A stretch of 50,912 bases of DNA from IMG/VR virus record IMGVR_UViG_3300042923_000119, positions 1 through 50,912 of that record. One strand, 5' to 3'. This document shows, piece by piece, positions 46,564 to 50,912 of this stretch. This DNA is from a virus (lineage: Duplodnaviria > Caudoviricetes). Under the pieces are notes generated by a model. It was not told the origin of the DNA. It saw only the letters and a list, made by a program, of their open reading frames with translations, and did no database searches. A program made the translations under genes and the position numbers. Position 1 is the stretch's first letter. The number at the start of each line of letters is the position of its first letter.

Positions 46564-47742
46564 TTGTCATATACAGCACCTACAATAACATCCGCAGGAT
46601 TAACAATACCGTTATATAGTGACGTATTAGCAGATTTAATTGAACTTGCAAAATCCATTTATGGTGATGATATCTATTTAGGACAAGATAGCTTAGATTA
46701 TCAATTTATTAGTATCTTTGCGCTTAAACTAACAGATGCATATAATACAGCTCAATTAATTTATAACAACAGAAGTCCATCTACTGCAATTGGTAGCGCA
46801 CTTGATGGAATAGTAAAAATAAATGGACTAGAACGCAAATCAGCTTCATATTCAACTTGTCAAGTAACCTTAACAGGGACTTATGGGACTACTATAACAG
46901 GCGGTATAGTTGCTGACGTTGCAGGTAATTCATGGTCATTACCAACCCCAATAACAATTCCGATTGGCGGAACATTAACAGTATCGGCTACATGTCAAAC
47001 GCTCGGTGCAATTACGGCAACGATTGGGCAAATATCAACGATATCAACACCGACGCAGGGATGGACTTCTGTTACTAATTCAATTCCGGCAGTTGCAGGA
47101 CAGGCGGCAGAAGTTGACTCGCAATTACGATCAAGACAAGCAATTAGCACACAATTACCATCACAATCATTGCTAGGCGGAACAATCGCAGGAATCGCAG
47201 GTATAGCTGATGTAGTAAGATATAAAGTTTATGAAAACGATACAGATGCAACAGATTCAAATGGCATACCTTCACATTCGATATGCGTCGTAGTTGAAGG
47301 TGGAACTGACTCAGATATTGCAAGCGAAATATATTATCGTAAAAATGGCGGTTGTGGTGTGTATGGAACAACTTCTATAAATGTTGCCGATCCAACTTAT
47401 GATACTACAACAACGATAAAATTCTATCGCCCAACATATGTTCCAATATTTGCGACATTAGGCGTACATCCATTAGCAGGTTACACAACAGCAAATACAA
47501 CAGCAATTCAAACGGCAATTACAAATTATTTAAATAGTTTAGCTATTGGCGAAGAACTAACAATTTCCGCATTATGGGGTGTGGCTATGGCGACAATGCC
47601 AGATATGACTAATCCAGTATTTTCATTAAAAACAGTAGTCGCAGGTACTGCAATAGGAAGTCAGACAACATCTGATATAGTAATTGCTTTTAATGCTGTG
47701 ACGCAAGGAGTAACGGCAAATGTCGTTATTAATTTAGTATGA
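46564..47742 (+). CDS. baseplate J-like protein
   Basis: P.TA.G.ALD, G...E.D..LR.R, YENDT...D.NG.P.HSI..VVEGG. Confidence 0.9.
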   Translation: MSYTAPTITSAGLTIPLYSDVLADLIELAKSIYGDDIYLGQDSLDYQFISIFALKLTDAYNTAQLIYNNRSPSTAIGSALDGIVKINGLERKSASYSTCQVTLTGTYGTTITGGIVADVAGNSWSLPTPITIPIGGTLTVSATCQTLGAITATIGQISTISTPTQGWTSVTNSIPAVAGQAAEVDSQLRSRQAISTQLPSQSLLGGTIAGIAGIADVVRYKVYENDTDATDSNGIPSHSICVVVEGGTDSDIASEIYYRKNGGCGVYGTTSINVADPTYDTTTTIKFYRPTYVPIFATLGVHPLAGYTTANTTAIQTAITNYLNSLAIGEELTISALWGVAMATMPDMTNPVFSLKTVVAGTAIGSQTTSDIVIAFNAVTQGVTANVVINLV

Positions 47743-48389
47743 GTAAACCATTAGATTATTATTTAGGATTAGTCACTTCTGAATATCAAAATTCGCCAAA
47801 ATTCTTAGCGTGGCTACAAGGATTTATAGAACATATATCTGATGCAACAACTGTTTTGGATAGCATGGATGCTTGCTTTGATATTGATATAGCTGTAGGC
47901 AATCAACTCGACATATTAGGAGTTATTACCGGACAAGATCGACAAGTAAACTTTCAACCAACAAATGGCGGTTCGCCTATTCTTGATGATGATAATTATA
48001 GGATTTTATTGAAAGCAAAAATTTTAAAAAATCAATGGAATGGTTTAAATCAATCTATCGCTGAGTTGTGGAAAATATTATTACCACAAACTACAATTTT
48101 AGTACAAGACAATTTAGATATGACAGAAAATGTTTATATTGGCGGTGATTTAAATCAAACTATACGCGATTTAATTCGGAATGGATATATCGTTCCAAAG
48201 CCACAGGGAGTTAGAATAAATTATTTTTATTTTGGTGGTGCTCCATTCTTTGGCTTTGATTTAGATAATGGTTATATAGCTGGTTTTGATAAAGGTTCAT
48301 GGGTTCACGATAACGATCCTAAAGCGTTCGGTTTTGATTTAGATAATAGTATTATTTCAGGACTTGACACAGGGGCATGGGCAGATTAA
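47739..48389 (+). CDS. baseplate wedge protein (DUF2612/gpI-like)
   Basis: FDID.AVG.QLDILG...G..R, L.D..YR.LL.AKI..N.W, P.P.GV. Confidence 0.88.
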   Translation: MSKPLDYYLGLVTSEYQNSPKFLAWLQGFIEHISDATTVLDSMDACFDIDIAVGNQLDILGVITGQDRQVNFQPTNGGSPILDDDNYRILLKAKILKNQWNGLNQSIAELWKILLPQTTILVQDNLDMTENVYIGGDLNQTIRDLIRNGYIVPKPQGVRINYFYFGGAPFFGFDLDNGYIAGFDKGSWVHDNDPKAFGFDLDNSIISGLDTGAWAD

Positions 48390-48404
48390 CTAAGGAGGGA
48401 TATT

Positions 48405-49484
48405 ATGGCAGGTAGTAATAATTTTTTACAATGGAATCCAGCTGAAAATAATATGCAAACAGATGCACAGTATTTGGCAGATTCCATGAGATTAAACGGT
48501 GCAACGGCACAAATTTATCCTAGTAATTTACATAATAAATTTGCATATCAAGCAACTTCATTTATTTATGCATTGGCACAAATGTTAGCAAATAAAGGAT
48601 ATACTGTAAGCGATACAAGTTTATCTTCGTTAATAAGTGTATTTAATTCAGCATTAAATAACAAAGAGTGGTTAAAAAGTACAGCTTATGCGGTTGGTGA
48701 TGTAGTTGATAGCGTAAACTTGCCACAATGGGCGCAAGCAGTTTGTACTACAGCAGGTACAACAGGTTCTAGCGAACCAACTTGGGGGACAACGGTTGGT
48801 GCTAGTATTACGGATGGTACAGTAGTATGGTTGATTGTTAATAAGGTAAATAGTATTCCGTATGGTCAGCAAATTTATAGTACAGCAGGAACTTATACAT
48901 TTGTTGCGCCAATAGATGCACGTTATAAAGTTATTGCAGTCGGCGGTGGTGGCGGTGGTGGTGGTGCACTTGGTTCATCTAGTATTTCGGCTGCTGGCGG
49001 TGGCGGTGGTGGCGGTGGTGTATCAATTAAATATATATACATTACTAAAGGAACTAGCATTTCTGTAACAACAGGCATAGGAGGCACTGGTGGAACTGGT
49101 GAAGTTAGCGGAAATACTGGTGGAACAACATCGTTTGGTTCATATTGTTCCGCTACTGGTGGCGGTGGTGGCAGTTTTGGCGGAACAACAGCTAATAGAT
49201 TTGGTGGAGGTTCGCCTGGAGGTGTTGGTTCGAACGGTGATATTAATGGTTATGGCGGATCTGGTACAGGGCCAGTAGTAGCTAATCCATTACTAGCAAA
49301 CACTGGCGGCAATGGAGGTAATGGTGGAAGCTCTTATTTTTCTGGAAGTTCTGGCGTATCCAATAATGGAACTATTATAAATGGTATTTTGGGATCTGGA
49401 GGTTCTGGAGCTGATGCAACTAATCTAACTGGATCATACACTGGCGGTGTTGGTGGTGCTGGAGTTGTAGTTATCGAATGGTAA
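48405..49484 (+). CDS. tail fiber protein with glycine-rich C-terminal domain
   Basis: N-terminal baseplate anchor; W...TAYAVGD...CTTAGTTG..EPTW module; GGGGGG-rich C-terminus ending GVVVIEW. Confidence 0.8.
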   Translation: MAGSNNFLQWNPAENNMQTDAQYLADSMRLNGATAQIYPSNLHNKFAYQATSFIYALAQMLANKGYTVSDTSLSSLISVFNSALNNKEWLKSTAYAVGDVVDSVNLPQWAQAVCTTAGTTGSSEPTWGTTVGASITDGTVVWLIVNKVNSIPYGQQIYSTAGTYTFVAPIDARYKVIAVGGGGGGGGALGSSSISAAGGGGGGGGVSIKYIYITKGTSISVTTGIGGTGGTGEVSGNTGGTTSFGSYCSATGGGGGSFGGTTANRFGGGSPGGVGSNGDINGYGGSGTGPVVANPLLANTGGNGGNGGSSYFSGSSGVSNNGTIINGILGSGGSGADATNLTGSYTGGVGGAGVVVIEW

Positions 49485-49496
49485 GGAGTGATATAA

Positions 49497-50318
49497 ATGA
49501 GTAAATGGGCTAGAGTTGTAGATGGTATAGTAGTTGAAACTACAAATATTGATCCTATGGGAAGATTTACTGATGAATTAGTTGCGCAATTTAAAGAATG
49601 TCCAGAAGAAGTAGAACAGGGATGGCAATATGTAAATGGAGTATTTTCAATTCGGACACAATCATATGTAATTCGTAACGGTATATATATGTATGATTAT
49701 TACCAGTCGGGCGATACAGTAGTTACAGAGCGACCAACAGCGACAAATACATATACATCATACGAATGGGGTACTATCCCAGCAATCGCAGGTAAACGTA
49801 GTTACGCAATAACAACTAATTTTGTTGCAGGCGATACATTAACTTTATGTGGAGTAACATTAACTCTAGGAACTGATGTAATTGGTCAAGATACAGCAAC
49901 TACAGCAACAAATCTACAAACTGTATTGTCTGCAAATACAACAATTAACGCATTATATGCAGTTACGGTGGCAGATACAACAATTACACTAACCGAAATA
50001 ACGGCAGGTGGCGAGAATGCTCCTAGCGAAGCAACAACGACAGGGACAGGCGTTATTGCAAACGGTACTGCAACAACTAGTACACCACAAACTACAGGGT
50101 GGAAAATTGACTTAGCAACTTCGTTAGATGCATTAAATTCATCTTACGATACTGGTAAGAAAAGAATGCATGAAGCGCATTCAACCGTTTTAATAGCATT
50201 AGCACTTGGTAAAATAACGCAAGAACAGTCGGTAGAACGAATAAATGTCGTCGCAAGTGAGTACGGAGTAATGTGGAATGATATTTTAGCAAAACAGGAG
50301 GTACTTAAAAATGGATAG
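49497..50318 (+). CDS. tail fiber-associated/assembly protein
   Basis: WARVVDG.VVE...CP..V..GW.Y..G.F N-terminus typical of genes following Gly-rich fibers. Confidence 0.65.
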   Translation: MSKWARVVDGIVVETTNIDPMGRFTDELVAQFKECPEEVEQGWQYVNGVFSIRTQSYVIRNGIYMYDYYQSGDTVVTERPTATNTYTSYEWGTIPAIAGKRSYAITTNFVAGDTLTLCGVTLTLGTDVIGQDTATTATNLQTVLSANTTINALYAVTVADTTITLTEITAGGENAPSEATTTGTGVIANGTATTSTPQTTGWKIDLATSLDALNSSYDTGKKRMHEAHSTVLIALALGKITQEQSVERINVVASEYGVMWNDILAKQEVLKNG

Positions 50319-50460
50319 ACAATGCCCAATGGATAGAAAAACTATGATAACTACTATTATTGATGGTCAAGAATACCATCAATGTCCTGAGTGTGGATAT
50401 ATGGAGTATAATGAAGTTTTATCATGTAATACAAATGTAACAGATATAACGGAAAACTAA
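50311..50460 (+). CDS. small Zn-ribbon protein (49 aa)
   Basis: GGAGG RBS; CP...CPECG. Confidence 0.5.
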   Translation: MDRQCPMDRKTMITTIIDGQEYHQCPECGYMEYNEVLSCNTNVTDITEN

Positions 50461-50464
50461 GCTT

Positions 50465-50731
50465 ATGTATACTGCAAAATATTTAATATATGCTTATATA
50501 CTTATTACGTTTTCATTATTAATGTTAAGTTTTATATTGACTTTAATCATAATTAGTATGAAATCAAAAATTAAAAGTAAAGTACCAATTATAAATATAA
50601 TATCCGATAATATATCTAAGGAAATATACAGCTCATTGAAAATAGTTGGCGTTACACTAACTATAGAGCAACAAAGAGCCTTTGAATTAAATGTAAGACA
50701 AAAACATAAGGAAATGGGGTTTAAGCTGTGA
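50465..50731 (+). CDS. small membrane protein
   Basis: N-terminal hydrophobic helix. Confidence 0.5.
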   Translation: MYTAKYLIYAYILITFSLLMLSFILTLIIISMKSKIKSKVPIINIISDNISKEIYSSLKIVGVTLTIEQQRAFELNVRQKHKEMGFKL

Positions 50732-50912
50732 ATCAAGGGATAACAAGTATGATAACGGCATTAGCAGAAGCACCACCAAGCGTTGTAACAATAATTTGTG
50801 TTGTTATTGTGATACTTCCAATTATCGCATTGATTGCATATTGGGGCAGAGAGATGCCAAAGGCATTTATGGCAATAAGTAAGTCAATGAATTCATTAGA
50901 AATGTTAGCAAC
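50728..50912 (+). CDS. probable holin (partial, runs off window)
   Basis: GTG start; TM segment VVTIICVVIVILPIIALIAYW; position after the tail genes. Confidence 0.45.
   Translation, partial: MNQGITSMITALAEAPPSVVTIICVVIVILPIIALIAYWGREMPKAFMAISKSMNSLEMLA

Noticed and set aside
38272-48389. Stand-alone tailocin or contractile injection system
   Set aside because: Terminase, portal, capsid and replication genes are all present, so this is a myovirus-type phage
48405-50318. Diversity-generating retroelement target in the tail fiber
   Set aside because: No reverse transcriptase or template/variable repeat pair seen in the window; GGTGGC repeats are just glycine codons

Overview
About 51 kb of an AT-rich temperate phage or prophage of a Bacillota (Firmicutes) host. 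Essentially all real genes are on the + strand. In order: early/lysogeny-proximal genes (excisionase end, AntA antirepressor, pentapeptide-repeat protein, LysM protein, sporulation-like sigma factor); recombination/replication (SbcC-like ATPase, RecT, PD-(D/E)xK exonuclease, HD hydrolase, cytosine MTase, initiator, DnaC-like loader, MazG, radical SAM, SSB, resolvase); a stand-alone RNAP alpha-CTD and an ArpU/RinA-type late activator; then packaging, head and contractile-tail (myovirus) genes, ending at a probable holin. The most striking locus is a ~900-nt non-coding island (18.6-19.5 kb) just downstream of a putative ArpU late promoter. It holds a ~570-nt highly paired RNA (ROOL-like), a tRNA scaffold whose anticodon arm is replaced by a ~150-nt multi-stem, pseudoknotted domain, and a second non-canonical 8/4-type tRNA-like element. 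Other points: a -1 frameshift in the tail chaperone, a second tail-tube paralog, two ArpU paralogs, structured leaders before the MTase and a head-module accessory gene, a nonsense-interrupted HTH gene, and an accessory cluster inside the head module. Family assignments come from motif recognition and synteny, not database searches.
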